Assembly (NCBI RefSeq): GCF_024223415.1
Contig: NZ_CP100500.1
Direction: 5' to 3' (one strand)
Length of the DNA stretch: 64,000 bases
DNA from: Escherichia coli
GTDB lineage: Bacteria; Pseudomonadota; Gammaproteobacteria; Enterobacterales; Enterobacteriaceae
A program made the position numbers and the translations under genes. Shown piece after piece: positions 45,501-57,246 of the stretch. The notes beneath the pieces are model-generated. The model ran no database searches. It was not told the origin of the DNA and saw nothing but the letters and a program-made list of their open reading frames with translations. Within the stretch, counting starts at the first letter, position 1, and each line of letters opens with the position of its first letter.

Positions 45501-46015
45501 TGCTGGAAAACGCCGTCGATGCACTGAAAGCCGGACGCGAGCCGTCGCTGGAAGATCTCACCAGCCAGCAAACAGAAGTCGAGCTGCGGATGCCGTCGCT
45601 ATTGCCAGATGATTTCATTCCTGACGTGAATACGCGTTTGTCGTTCTACAAACGTATTACCAGCGCCAAAACGGAAAACGAACTGGAAGAGATCAAAGTC
45701 GAGCTTATCGATCGCTTCGGCCTGCTGCCGGATCCGGCGCGTACCCTGCTGGATATTGCCCGTCTGCGCCAACAAGCGCAGAAACTGGGGATCAGGAAGC
45801 TGGAAGGTAATGAGAAAGGCGGGGTGATCGAATTTGCCGAGAAGAATCACGTTAATCCGGCCTGGTTGATTGGTTTGCTGCAAAAACAGCCGCAGCATTA
45901 CCGCCTTGATGGTCCGACGCGCCTGAAATTTATTCAGGATTTGAGCGAGCGGAAAACGCGTATCGAATGGGTTCGCCAGTTTATGCGTGAACTGGAAGAG
46001 AACGCGATCGCTTAA
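42569..46015 (+). CDS. mfd: Transcription-repair coupling factor Mfd
   Basis: 1148 aa from internal ATG, MPEQYRYTLPVKAGEQRLLGEL...; helicase motifs GDVGFGKTEV and DEEHRFG. Confidence 0.95.
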   Translation: MPEQYRYTLPVKAGEQRLLGELTGAACATLVAEIAERHAGPVVLIAPDMQNALRLHDEISQFTDQMVMNLADWETLPYDSFSPHQDIISSRLSTLYQLPTMQRGVLIVPVNTLMQRVCPHSFLHGHALVMKKGQRLSRDALRTQLDSAGYRHVNQVMEHGEYATRGALLDLFPMGSELPYRLDFFDDEIDSLRVFDVDSQRTLEEVEAINLLPAHEFPTDKAAIELFRSQWRDTFEVKRDPEHIYQQVSKGTLPAGIEYWQPLFFSEPLPPLFSYFPANTLLVNTGDLENSAERFQADTLARFENRGVDPMRPLLPPQSLWLRVDELFSELKNWPRVQLKTEHLPTKAANANLGFQKLPDLAVQAQQKAPLDALRKFLETFDGPVVFSVESEGRREALGELLARIKIAPQRIMRLDEASDRGRYLMIGAAEHGFVDKVRNLALICESDLLGERVARRRQDSRRTINPDTLIRNLAELHIGQPVVHLEHGVGRYAGMTTLEAGGITGEYLMLTYANDAKLYVPVSSLHLISRYAGGAEENAPLHKLGGDAWSRARQKAAEKVRDVAAELLDIYAQRAAKEGFAFKHDREQYQLFCDSFPFETTPDQAQAINAVLSDMCQPLAMDRLVCGDVGFGKTEVAMRAAFLAVDNHKQVAVLVPTTLLAQQHYDNFRDRFANWPVRIEMISRFRSAKEQTQILAEVAEGKIDILIGTHKLLQSDVKFKDLGLLIVDEEHRFGVRHKERIKAMRANVDILTLTATPIPRTLNMAMSGMRDLSIIATPPARRLAVKTFVREYDSLVVREAILREILRGGQVYYLYNDVENIQKAAERLAELVPEARIAIGHGQMRERELERVMNDFHHQRFNVLVCTTIIETGIDIPTANTIIIERADHFGLAQLHQLRGRVGRSHHQAYAWLLTPHPKAMTTDAQKRLEAIASLEDLGAGFALATHDLEIRGAGELLGEEQSGSMETIGFSLYMELLENAVDALKAGREPSLEDLTSQQTEVELRMPSLLPDDFIPDVNTRLSFYKRITSAKTENELEEIKVELIDRFGLLPDPARTLLDIARLRQQAQKLGIRKLEGNEKGGVIEFAEKNHVNPAWLIGLLQKQPQHYRLDGPTRLKFIQDLSERKTRIEWVRQFMRELEENAIA

Positions 46016-46156
46016 GGTAAATCGGGGGCGTTTCTGCGCCCCATCTACAACATTTACAAATTCTTTGCACTTCCCTGCACTATCCGACACTGTCACCATC
46101 CATAATTCAGGCTTATCTGTTTATTACAATAACCTTATATTTATTATGGATTTTTG

Positions 46157-47119
46157 GTGATGATCAAAACGCGTTTTTCTCGCTGGCTAACGTTTTTTAC
46201 GTTCGCCGCTGCCGTGGCGCTGGCGCTACCGGCAAAAGCCAACACCTGGCCGCTGCCGCCAGCGGGCAGTCGTCTGGTTGGCGAAAACAAATTTCATGTG
46301 GTGGAAAATGACGGTGGTTCTCTGGAAGCCATCGCCAAAAAATATAACGTCGGCTTTCTCGCTCTATTACAGGCTAACCCCGGCGTTGATCCTTACGTAC
46401 CGCGCGCGGGCAGCGTGTTAACGATCCCGTTGCAAACCCTACTTCCAGACGCGCCGCGCGAAGGCATTGTGATCAACATTGCGGAGCTTCGTCTCTATTA
46501 CTACCCGCCGGGTAAAAATTCGGTAACCGTGTATCCAATAGGTATTGGTCAGTTAGGTGGTGACACGCTGACACCGACAATGGTGACCACCGTTTCTGAC
46601 AAGCGTGCAAACCCAACCTGGACGCCAACGGCAAACATCCGAGCCCGTTATAAAGCACAGGGAATTGAGTTGCCTGCGGTGGTTCCGGCTGGACCGGATA
46701 ACCCAATGGGCCATCATGCGATTCGTCTGGCGGCCTATGGCGGCGTTTATTTGCTTCATGGTACGAACGCCGATTTCGGCATTGGCATGCGGGTAAGTTC
46801 TGGCTGTATTCGTCTGCGGGATGACGATATCAAAACACTCTTTAGCCAGGTCACCCCAGGCACCAAAGTGAATATCATCAACACTCCGATAAAAGTCTCT
46901 GCCGAACCAAACGGTGCGCGTCTGGTTGAAGTACATCAGCCGCTGTCAGAGAAGATTGATGACGATCCGCAGCTGCTGCCAATTACGCTGAATAGCGCAA
47001 TGCAATCATTTAAAAATGCAGCACAAACTGACGCTGAAGTGATGCAACATGTGATGGATGTCCGTTCCGGGATGCCGGTGGATGTCCGCCGTCATCAAGT
47101 GAGCCCACAAACTCTGTAA
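46157..47119 (+). CDS. ldtC: L,D-transpeptidase LdtC (YcfS)
   Basis: About 320 aa with signal peptide; YkuD-type catalytic motif (HGT...SSGCIRL). Confidence 0.8.
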   Translation: MMIKTRFSRWLTFFTFAAAVALALPAKANTWPLPPAGSRLVGENKFHVVENDGGSLEAIAKKYNVGFLALLQANPGVDPYVPRAGSVLTIPLQTLLPDAPREGIVINIAELRLYYYPPGKNSVTVYPIGIGQLGGDTLTPTMVTTVSDKRANPTWTPTANIRARYKAQGIELPAVVPAGPDNPMGHHAIRLAAYGGVYLLHGTNADFGIGMRVSSGCIRLRDDDIKTLFSQVTPGTKVNIINTPIKVSAEPNGARLVEVHQPLSEKIDDDPQLLPITLNSAMQSFKNAAQTDAEVMQHVMDVRSGMPVDVRRHQVSPQTL

Positions 47120-47201
47120 ATCCTGGATAAAAAAAATCCCCGCGACACGGCATGTCGCGGGGAAAAAATCAGCAGTAGCAGGCATTAATGAGGGTTAATG
47201 C

Positions 47202-47459
47202 TTATTTATAAATTACTGCTGTTCCATGGAGGGTATTCGGACCGGTTACAGAAGTAATACGGAAAGATTTTGCGCCCATCTCATCCGCTTTTTGCGCCAG
47301 CTGCTCTTCCAGCGATCCCAGATTTGTCCCCGCGTTAGCACTGATTGTACCGACTTTTTGTTGGCCTTCTGGCGTTGACTGAACTTCGACAGCCGCAAAG
47401 CTGGCAAATGACATGGAGCTTAAAATCGCCGCAGCGATGAGGGTTTTTACGTTTTTCAT
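47202..47459 (-). CDS. bhsA: Multiple stress resistance protein BhsA (YcfR)
   Basis: 85 aa with signal peptide, YdgH/BhsA family. Confidence 0.8.
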   Translation of the reverse strand: MKNVKTLIAAAILSSMSFASFAAVEVQSTPEGQQKVGTISANAGTNLGSLEEQLAQKADEMGAKSFRITSVTGPNTLHGTAVIYK

Positions 47460-47699
47460 AATAGTGGCCTTATGCAGATGAATGACGTCGCAAGCAATTA
47501 CTTAACGATCGATAACTAAATGATAGATGTGATCTGGATCACATACAAGATATTTTTTATAACAATCATTAATTAATTTAAAAATCTTTAAATTTCAGTT
47601 AAATAGAAAGCAATTATTTTTATGGGATCTGGACTGGTGAACGGAGGTGATTATTTTTATAATAACCTTTCATTCACAGTCACCAGGTACAACGGCATC

Positions 47700-48332
47700 A
47701 TGGCAACTGACTCAACACAATGTGTAAAAAAAAGCCGTGGCCGCCCAAAAGTGTTCGACAGGGATGCCGCGCTTGATAAGGCCATGAAATTGTTCTGGCA
47801 ACACGGTTATGAAGCGACTTCTCTTGCGGACCTCGTCGAAGCGACCGGAGCCAAAGCGCCCACGCTATACGCGGAATTTACCAACAAAGAGGGGTTATTT
47901 CGTGCCGTTCTCGACCGCTATATCGATCGTTTTGCCGCTAAGCATGAAGCACAGCTGTTTTGTGAAGAGAAAAGCGTGGAGTCTGCGCTGGCTGACTATT
48001 TTGCTGCCATCGCCAACTGCTTTACCGGCAAAGACACCCCGGCAGGCTGCTTCATGATCAACAACTGCACCACCCTCTCCCCAGATTCAGGAGATATCGC
48101 CAATACGTTGAAATCACGCCATGCGATGCAAGAGCGCACTTTGCAGCAGTTTTTATGTCAACGACAAGCGCGCGGGGAAATCCCGACCCACTGTGACGTG
48201 ACACATCTGGCAGAATTCCTTAATTGTATTATTCAGGGGATGTCGATCAGCGCACGCGAAGGTGCATCGCTGGAAAAACTGATGCAGATTGCCGGAACGA
48301 CTTTGCGTTTATGGCCCGAACTGGTGAAATAA
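47700..48332 (+). CDS. comR: TetR-family repressor ComR (YcfQ)
   Basis: 210 aa from internal ATG, MATDSTQCVKKSRGRPKVFDRDAALDKAMKLFWQHGYEATSLADL (TetR HTH). Confidence 0.75.
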   Translation: MATDSTQCVKKSRGRPKVFDRDAALDKAMKLFWQHGYEATSLADLVEATGAKAPTLYAEFTNKEGLFRAVLDRYIDRFAAKHEAQLFCEEKSVESALADYFAAIANCFTGKDTPAGCFMINNCTTLSPDSGDIANTLKSRHAMQERTLQQFLCQRQARGEIPTHCDVTHLAEFLNCIIQGMSISAREGASLEKLMQIAGTTLRLWPELVK

Positions 48333-48393
48333 GTCGCAAAAAAAGCCCCTCAGCCTGAGCGAATGAGGGGCCAAATTGCAGAGTACAGCCTTG

Positions 48394-48934
48394 TTATACT
48401 TTGTTATTCAAAATCAGTTGCCCGTTACTATCTAGCGGGATCTGCGTACCCGGATCGCGGTCCATGCGGATTTTGCCCTGCTGATCGCCAATCTTATAGG
48501 TCACATCATAACCGAGCATTTTTTCTGACTTGTCATACACCGTTTTACAACGCTGTTGCGTAGTCGTGTAAGTATCGCTTTCCTGGAGAGAGCCCTGGAT
48601 CTGGTTACCGGCATATCCCCCCCCCCAGCGCCCCCACAACAGTGGCGACATCTTTACCACGACCACCACCAAACTGATGCCCTATCACGCCGCCAGCAAC
48701 AGCGCCGAGCACCGACCCGGTAATGCGATTTTCATCCTGCACCGGTCGACGATGGGTCACTGTGACGTTGCGACACTCCTGACGCGGTGTTTTAACCGTT
48801 TCCTTGATTGGGGTTGCAGAAACAACCTGAGCGTATTGCGGGCCACGTTCAAACACGTTCAGACTGGCCACTGCCGCTACGCCAAGCGCAGCTGCGACAC
48901 CAATCCCGATACCCGCCAACATTGATTTATTCAC
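48394..48934 (-). pseudogene. ycfJ: ycfJ interrupted by a frameshift at a C10 homopolymer (48617-48626)
   Basis: ORFs 48605-48973 and 48394-48672 overlap and together reconstruct one YcfJ-like protein, joining at GALGGG/YAGNQIQ; span is one nucleotide longer than an in-frame gene. Confidence 0.7.
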
Positions 48935-49059
48935 GGGAATACCTCCTTCTTTGCAGTTATGCCAATCATGCAAGCGAAGGAGAAAAGCAGCTATCAGACA
49001 GAAGATGAAAAGCGCGGGAATGGCTGGAAATACTTAAGGATTCGGAGGAGTCTGAAGGA

Positions 49060-49160
49060 ATGCCTGATGCGACGCTTAACGCGTCTTATCAGGCCTACCG
49101 CTCGTACCATTTGTCCAGGGCGGATGAGGCGTTTATGCCACATCCGCCAGTGTACGTCGA
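49060..49160. repeat. REP/BIME cluster between ycfJ and ndh
   Basis: gcctgatgcgacgcttaacgcgtcttatcaggcctac plus a second hairpin ggcggatgaggcgtttatgccacatccgcc. Confidence 0.65.
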
Positions 49161-50465
49161 TTAATGCAACTTCAAACGCGGACGGATAACGCGGTTAATA
49201 CTCCCCACCAGCATCATTAATCCGGTTTTAAAGTAACCATGCAGCGCAATCTGATGCATTCGGTATAGCGAGATATATACAAAGCGCGCAATTCGTCCTT
49301 CAATCATCATTGAGCCGCGCGTCAGGTTACCCATCAGGCTACCAACGGTGGAGAAGTTCGACAGCGATACCAGTGAACCATGATCTTTATACTGATAATT
49401 TTTCAGCGGCTTACCGTTCATCTGCGCCAGAATGTTGTTCATTGCGCAAGTCGCCATCTGGTGTGCAGCCTGAGCACGCGGCGGAACAAAGCCCCCTTCC
49501 GGACGCGGGCATGACGCGCAGTCGCCAATAGCGTAAATATCTGGATCGCGGGTGGTTTGCAGCGTCGGTTCCACCACCAGCTGGTTGATACGGTTAGTTT
49601 CAAGACCACCGATATCTTTCAGGAAGTCTGGCGCTTTGATCCCGGCTGCCCATACCATCAGATCAGCCTCAATATATTCACCATCTTTAGTGTGCAGGCC
49701 GCCTTCATCAGCACTGGTGACCATGGTTTGCGTCAGCACGCGAACGCCAAGTTTCGTTAGCTCGTTGTGGGCCGCAGCAGAGATACGTGGCGGTAATGCA
49801 GGCAAAATACGTTCTCCCGCTTCTACCAGCGTTACGTTCAGGGCTTCGTTGGTCAGGCCTTTGTAACCGTAGCTGTGCAGTTGCTTGACCGCGTTGTGCA
49901 ATTCAGCGGAGAGTTCTACACCCGTCGCGCCGCCGCCGACAATCGCAATGTTCACTTTGCCATTCGCGCCCAGGTTGGCGGAGTATTTCAGGAACAGATT
50001 CAGCATCTCCTGGTGGAAGCGACGCGCCTGGTGCGGGTTATCGAGGAAAATGCAGTTCTCTTTGACACCTGGCGTATTGAAATCGTTAGAGGTGCTACCC
50101 AGCGCCATTACCAGGGTGTCATAGGCGATTTTACGTTCCGGAACCAGCAGTTCACCTTTCTCATCGCGCAGTTCTGCAATAGTGATTGTTTTCGCTTCAC
50201 GATCAATATCAATGACGGAACCCAGCTGGAACTGGAAACCATGATTGCGCGCATGGGCCAGATAGCTCAACGCATCGACGCCTTCATCAAGCGAGCCAGT
50301 CGCCACTTCGTGCAGCAGCGGTTTCCACAGGTGGCTGTGATTACGATCGACCAGCGTAATTTTGGCTTTTTTCTTGCGTCCCAGCTTATGCCCCAGCTGT
50401 GTTGCCATTTCCAGCCCACCAGCACCGCCGCCGACAATCACAATTTTTTTCAATGGCGTAGTCAA
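49161..50465 (-). CDS. ndh: NADH dehydrogenase II (Ndh)
   Basis: 434 aa from TTG start, (M)[18 protein letters not shown]...; two Rossmann GxGxxG motifs. Confidence 0.9.
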
Positions 50466-50734
50466 CGTGACCCCCTTAAATTTATTAACCAATTGTTAAT
50501 TAATGGTTATTAACATAGCTCTTAATTAACAACAGGTTACAGCAATGAAAATGTTCTTCGCTATTGAGAATAACATGAATGGTGCATTGGTCATACCAAA
50601 ATTGATGTTAATCAAGTTTTGTTGCTGAAAAGATAGGCGACTTTACCGGGTGAGATCAAAAAACAGAGTTTATTGTTTATTATTTGAGCGAATTTGTGAG
50701 AGTGATATAGAGTGAGGGGTGTATGTAGGGCGTT

Positions 50735-50860
<126 letters not shown>

Positions 50861-50864
50861 GCAT

Positions 50865-51407
50865 TTACCCGAGGGTTTTGAACGCTTTAATGCGCTGCAA
50901 ATGCGGGGAGATATTCTTGAATTTGTGCGTCTGCTCTTCGTCCCAGACAATCTCGTAATAATGATGCAACTCTTCAGATGTCCGCTGGCTGTTAAGCGCT
51001 TCATCATTACGCGACAAAATCACCAGGCAACGATCGCGATTCTTCTCGCGGAAGTTGGTCACACACTTAGTGGCAATATCGGCATACTCTTCCGGGCGAT
51101 CAATCTTGCCTTCCATGTTCTCATAAGGGAACAAATTAGGGTTGAAGATCACCTGGCGGATATCGCAAAGAAAACCAATCCGTTCCGCCCAGTATCCGCC
51201 CAGACCAACGCCGCAAATCAGGGGACGCTCGTCGACGTTCAGTTGCAACATTTTGTCCACTTCTTTGAGCAGATGCTGCATATCATGTTTCGGATGCCGC
51301 GTACTGTAGCTTATCAAGCGTACATCCGGGTCAATAAACTGCAATTGTAAGACTTTCTCGTGGTTACCCGGACTGTTAGAGTCAAAACCGTGTAAATAGA
51401 TAATCAT
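50865..51407 (-). CDS. ycfP: Esterase-like protein YcfP (alpha/beta hydrolase, UPF0227)
   Basis: 180 aa from internal [21 protein letters not shown]... Confidence 0.8.
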
Positions 51408-51429
51408 CGCTTCCTCACATAAGCCAGGG

Positions 51430-53270
<1,841 letters not shown>

Positions 53271-53290
<20 letters not shown>

Positions 53291-53912
53291 CTTTACCTGA
53301 CCAGATAATTTCGCCCGTCTGCACCAGCATCAGCTGCATTTGTAGGGTCGGAGCGTTAACGTTGCCAGAGGCGCTGGAGTACAGCACGTAATGAGCGCCG
53401 ACATTGCGGGCAATGCCTATGGCTTTACTACGGGTGCCTAAACTATCCTGCGGCGACAAACCTAACTGTTGCTTAGCCATCGACAGCTGCTGGGCGGAAA
53501 CCAGGGTAAATTTCCCGTTATTAGCCAGCGCATTTCGCAGCGTTTCGGTCGCTTCTGCGGCATTCAGCGAACCGTTAGTACGGTTGTTAACGCTATCAAC
53601 CAGCAGGACGCTACCCGCAGTCACCCCGTCAGCCCCAAGCATCTTACTGACCATCGGCTGCATTGCGCCATTCCAGTCATAATGGCGAATATGCGGCGCA
53701 GGCGGTGCAGTTTGATCTTCGTGCTCAATTGGGCCTGGCTGCTGCGGGATCGTCGGCACCGAGGGCACTGTGGGGACAGGCTGTTGTGGCTCGGCTGGTT
53801 GTTCCGGCGCTGGTTTCACTTCTTCTACCGGTGCAGGTTCACGTTGCCCCACACACCCGGCGAGAAACATCGCCAGCGCGGTAATCAAGGCGTAGCGACT
53901 CATTTTTGTCAT
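53271..53912 (-). CDS. lpoB: Outer membrane lipoprotein LpoB (PBP1B activator)
   Basis: 213 aa, lipobox LAGC, proline-rich linker. Confidence 0.85.
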
Positions 53913-53925
53913 CAAGATTCACCCC

Positions 53926-54303
53926 TTACAAATATAGATAAAGTCTGACTTTGTGCGCCCCCAGAAAATTGGCGCTGCCATACAGCGTTACCGCCGAATG
54001 TGCGGGAATGGTAACGCTGCGTGGCCTTTCCAGAGGATGCATTTCCAGCCCTCTGGCGTCATACCAGTAAAAACGATAATGAACGGTAACGGGTTCTTGC
54101 CTTTCGTTATAAAGCGTTGAGGATGCTGAAGGTTGAATATCAGACGTCGAAAGGACGGGCTTTTCTGCACTGATGCCCGCAGCCAATAAAGATGACTCCA
54201 TCACCAGCGATTGCTCATCATTCACCGGAATTTCCGGATGTGAACGACAGCCCACCAGCAGTAACAACGCCAGAGACACCAACCCAAAGCATCCTTTTCT
54301 CAT
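53926..54303 (-). CDS. ycfL: Lipoprotein YcfL
   Basis: 125 aa with lipobox LVGC. Confidence 0.75.
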   Translation of the reverse strand: MRKGCFGLVSLALLLLVGCRSHPEIPVNDEQSLVMESSLLAAGISAEKPVLSTSDIQPSASSTLYNERQEPVTVHYRFYWYDARGLEMHPLERPRSVTIPAHSAVTLYGSANFLGAHKVRLYLYL

Positions 54304-54305
54304 CG

Positions 54306-54665
54306 TTACAGACCTTTATGCGCCAGCATTGGTCCCAGCGGACGGCCACCCAACAAGTGCATATGGATGTGGTAAACCTCTTGTCCGCCATGGCGGTTGG
54401 TGTTCATGATCAGACGATAGCCATCTTCGGCAATACCTTCTTGCTCAGCAATTTTTGCCGCTACGGTGATCATGCGTCCCAGCGCCTGCTCATGCTCAGC
54501 TGACACGTCGTTCACAGTCGGAATGAGGATATTCGGAATGATCAGAATATGCGTTGGCGCTTGCGGCGAAATATCGCGAAACGCCGTTACCAGATCATCC
54601 TGGTAGACGATATCGGAGGGGATCTCACGACGAATAATTTTGCTGAATATAGTTTCTTCTGCCAC
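54306..54665 (-). CDS. hinT: Purine nucleoside phosphoramidase HinT (HIT family)
   Basis: 119 aa from GTG start; HIT motif HIHMHLL. Confidence 0.85.
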   Translation of the reverse strand: MAEETIFSKIIRREIPSDIVYQDDLVTAFRDISPQAPTHILIIPNILIPTVNDVSAEHEQALGRMITVAAKIAEQEGIAEDGYRLIMNTNRHGGQEVYHIHMHLLGGRPLGPMLAHKGL

Positions 54666-54998
54666 GACATTTTCCTTTTTCAAATAGCCATGCGTTGCGC
54701 CATGCTACGCCGCGCCACACTGCGAGTATAGAGTATGGTCGAGTTAAACCTGCTCTTTCAACCTTAACTCACGATTTCTTAAGCAAAAAATCGTTTTGCT
54801 GCCGTATATATCTCCATTATTCCCATTTCTGCCTGCGAATGCGCTGAAAAGACATTCTCTGTTTGGTTTACACGACAAATATGAATGCGTATATTTCTCA
54901 TTTGCATTTACAAACAAAATTATTCGCACACTAAATATAACCGCTCATCACCCTCCTCCGGCATGAGCCTGACGACAACATAAACCAAGAGATTTCAA

Positions 54999-57191
54999 AT
55001 GCTTTCAACACAATTTAACAGGGATAATCAATATCAAGCCATCACCAAACCGTCACTACTTGCCGGTTGCATAGCATTGGCACTATTACCTTCTGCCGCT
55101 TTTGCTGCACCAGCCACTGAAGAAACGGTGATTGTTGAGGGTTCAGCCACAGCTCCAGATGATGGCGAAAATGATTACAGCGTAACGTCTACCTCTGCGG
55201 GTACCAAAATGCAGATGACTCAACGTGATATTCCTCAGTCGGTCACTATTGTTAGCCAGCAGCGGATGGAAGATCAGCAGTTACAAACGCTGGGCGAAGT
55301 GATGGAAAACACGCTGGGGATCAGCAAAAGTCAGGCGGATTCCGATCGTGCTCTTTATTATTCCCGCGGATTCCAGATCGATAACTATATGGTTGATGGT
55401 ATCCCCACCTATTTTGAATCGCGCTGGAATCTGGGCGACGCACTTTCTGATATGGCACTGTTTGAACGCGTAGAAGTAGTGCGTGGCGCGACAGGACTCA
55501 TGACCGGGACGGGTAATCCATCTGCGGCAATTAATATGGTTCGAAAACACGCGACCAGTCGTGAATTTAAAGGCGATGTCTCGGCGGAATACGGTAGCTG
55601 GAACAAAGAACGGTATGTGGCGGATTTACAAAGCCCACTCACCGAAGACGGTAAAATCCGCGCGCGAATTGTCGGCGGCTACCAGAATAACGACTCATGG
55701 CTGGACCGCTACAATAGTGAAAAGACCTTCTTCTCCGGCATTGTCGATGCTGATTTAGGCGATCTTACGACGCTTTCAGCCGGTTACGAATATCAGCGCA
55801 TTGATGTTAATAGCCCAACCTGGGGCGGTTTACCGCGCTGGAATACTGATGGCAGCAGCAACAGTTACGATCGCGCACGCAGTACCGCACCTGACTGGGC
55901 GTACAACGATAAAGAGATCAACAAGGTCTTTATGACCCTGAAGCAGCGGTTTGCTGATACCTGGCAAGCGACACTGAATGCCACCCACTCTGAAGTCGAA
56001 TTTGACAGCAAAATGATGTATGTCGATGCCTATGTAAACAAAGCGGATGGTATGCTGGTTGGGCCATACAGTAATTATGGACCTGGCTTTGATTATGTCG
56101 GCGGCACCGGTTGGAACAGTGGCAAACGTAAAGTTGATGCGCTGGATTTGTTCGCTGACGGTAGTTATGAATTGTTTGGTCGTCAGCACAATCTAATGTT
56201 TGGTGGCAGTTACAGCAAACAAAACAATCGTTACTTCAGTTCATGGGCCAACATCTTCCCGGATGAAATTGGCAATTTCTACAACTTTAATGGCAATTTC
56301 CCACAAACCGACTGGTCACCACAGAGCCTGGCGCAGGACGATACCACACATATGAAATCGTTATATGCTGCCACTCGTGTCACCCTTGCCGATCCGCTGC
56401 ATCTGATCCTCGGCGCACGTTATACCAACTGGCGGGTTGATACGCTGACTTACAGCATGGAGAAAAACCACACCACGCCTTACGCTGGTCTGGTGTTTGA
56501 CATCAATGACAACTGGTCGACCTACGCCAGCTATACCTCTATTTTCCAGCCGCAAAATGATCGTGACAGTTCAGGCAAATATCTGGCTCCAATCACCGGT
56601 AACAACTACGAGCTGGGTCTGAAATCGGACTGGATGAATAGCCGTCTGACCACCACGTTAGCCATCTTCCGTATTGAGCAGGATAATGTCGCTCAGTCCA
56701 CCGGTACACCTATCCCCGGCAGCAACGGCGAAACCGCCTATAAAGCGGTGGATGGGACAGTCAGTAAAGGTGTGGAATTTGAACTCAACGGCGCAATTAC
56801 CGACAACTGGCAGCTGACATTTGGCGCAACGCGCTATATTGCAGAGGATAACGAAGGAAACGCCGTTAATCCTAATCTGCCTCGCACCACGGTTAAAATG
56901 TTCACCAGCTACCGGTTGCCTGTCATGCCAGAGTTGACGGTCGGCGGTGGTGTTAACTGGCAAAATCGCGTGTATACCGACACCGTGACACCGTATGGCA
57001 CCTTCCGCGCCGAGCAAGGTAGCTACGCGCTGGTGGATCTCTTCACCCGCTACCAGGTGACGAAAAACTTCTCGTTACAGGGAACGTCAATAACCTGTTC
57101 GACAAAACCTACGATACCAACGTGGAAGGTTCTATCGTCTACGGCGCACCGCGTAATTTCAGCATTACCGGCACGTATCAATTCTGAATAA
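54999..57191 (+). CDS. fhuE: TonB-dependent ferric coprogen/rhodotorulic acid receptor FhuE, with a -1 frameshift about 35 codons before the normal end
   Basis: 730-aa ORF; after ...VTKNFSLQG the frame changes near 57081, while the adjacent frame encodes NVNNLFDKTYDTNVEGSIVYGAPRNFSITGTYQF-stop. Confidence 0.85.
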   Translation: MLSTQFNRDNQYQAITKPSLLAGCIALALLPSAAFAAPATEETVIVEGSATAPDDGENDYSVTSTSAGTKMQMTQRDIPQSVTIVSQQRMEDQQLQTLGEVMENTLGISKSQADSDRALYYSRGFQIDNYMVDGIPTYFESRWNLGDALSDMALFERVEVVRGATGLMTGTGNPSAAINMVRKHATSREFKGDVSAEYGSWNKERYVADLQSPLTEDGKIRARIVGGYQNNDSWLDRYNSEKTFFSGIVDADLGDLTTLSAGYEYQRIDVNSPTWGGLPRWNTDGSSNSYDRARSTAPDWAYNDKEINKVFMTLKQRFADTWQATLNATHSEVEFDSKMMYVDAYVNKADGMLVGPYSNYGPGFDYVGGTGWNSGKRKVDALDLFADGSYELFGRQHNLMFGGSYSKQNNRYFSSWANIFPDEIGNFYNFNGNFPQTDWSPQSLAQDDTTHMKSLYAATRVTLADPLHLILGARYTNWRVDTLTYSMEKNHTTPYAGLVFDINDNWSTYASYTSIFQPQNDRDSSGKYLAPITGNNYELGLKSDWMNSRLTTTLAIFRIEQDNVAQSTGTPIPGSNGETAYKAVDGTVSKGVEFELNGAITDNWQLTFGATRYIAEDNEGNAVNPNLPRTTVKMFTSYRLPVMPELTVGGGVNWQNRVYTDTVTPYGTFRAEQGSYALVDLFTRYQVTKNFSLQGTSITCSTKPTIPTWKVLSSTAHRVISALPARINSE

Positions 57192-57246
57192 CACCTGTAA
57201 AAAAGGCAGCCATCTGGCTGCCTTAGTCTCCCCAACGTCTTACGGA

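Noticed and set aside
54880-54910. Fur box upstream of fhuE
   Set aside because: Only a weak resemblance (aatatgaatgcgtatatttctcatttgcattt) to the GATAATGATAATCATTATC consensus; not reported as a feature.
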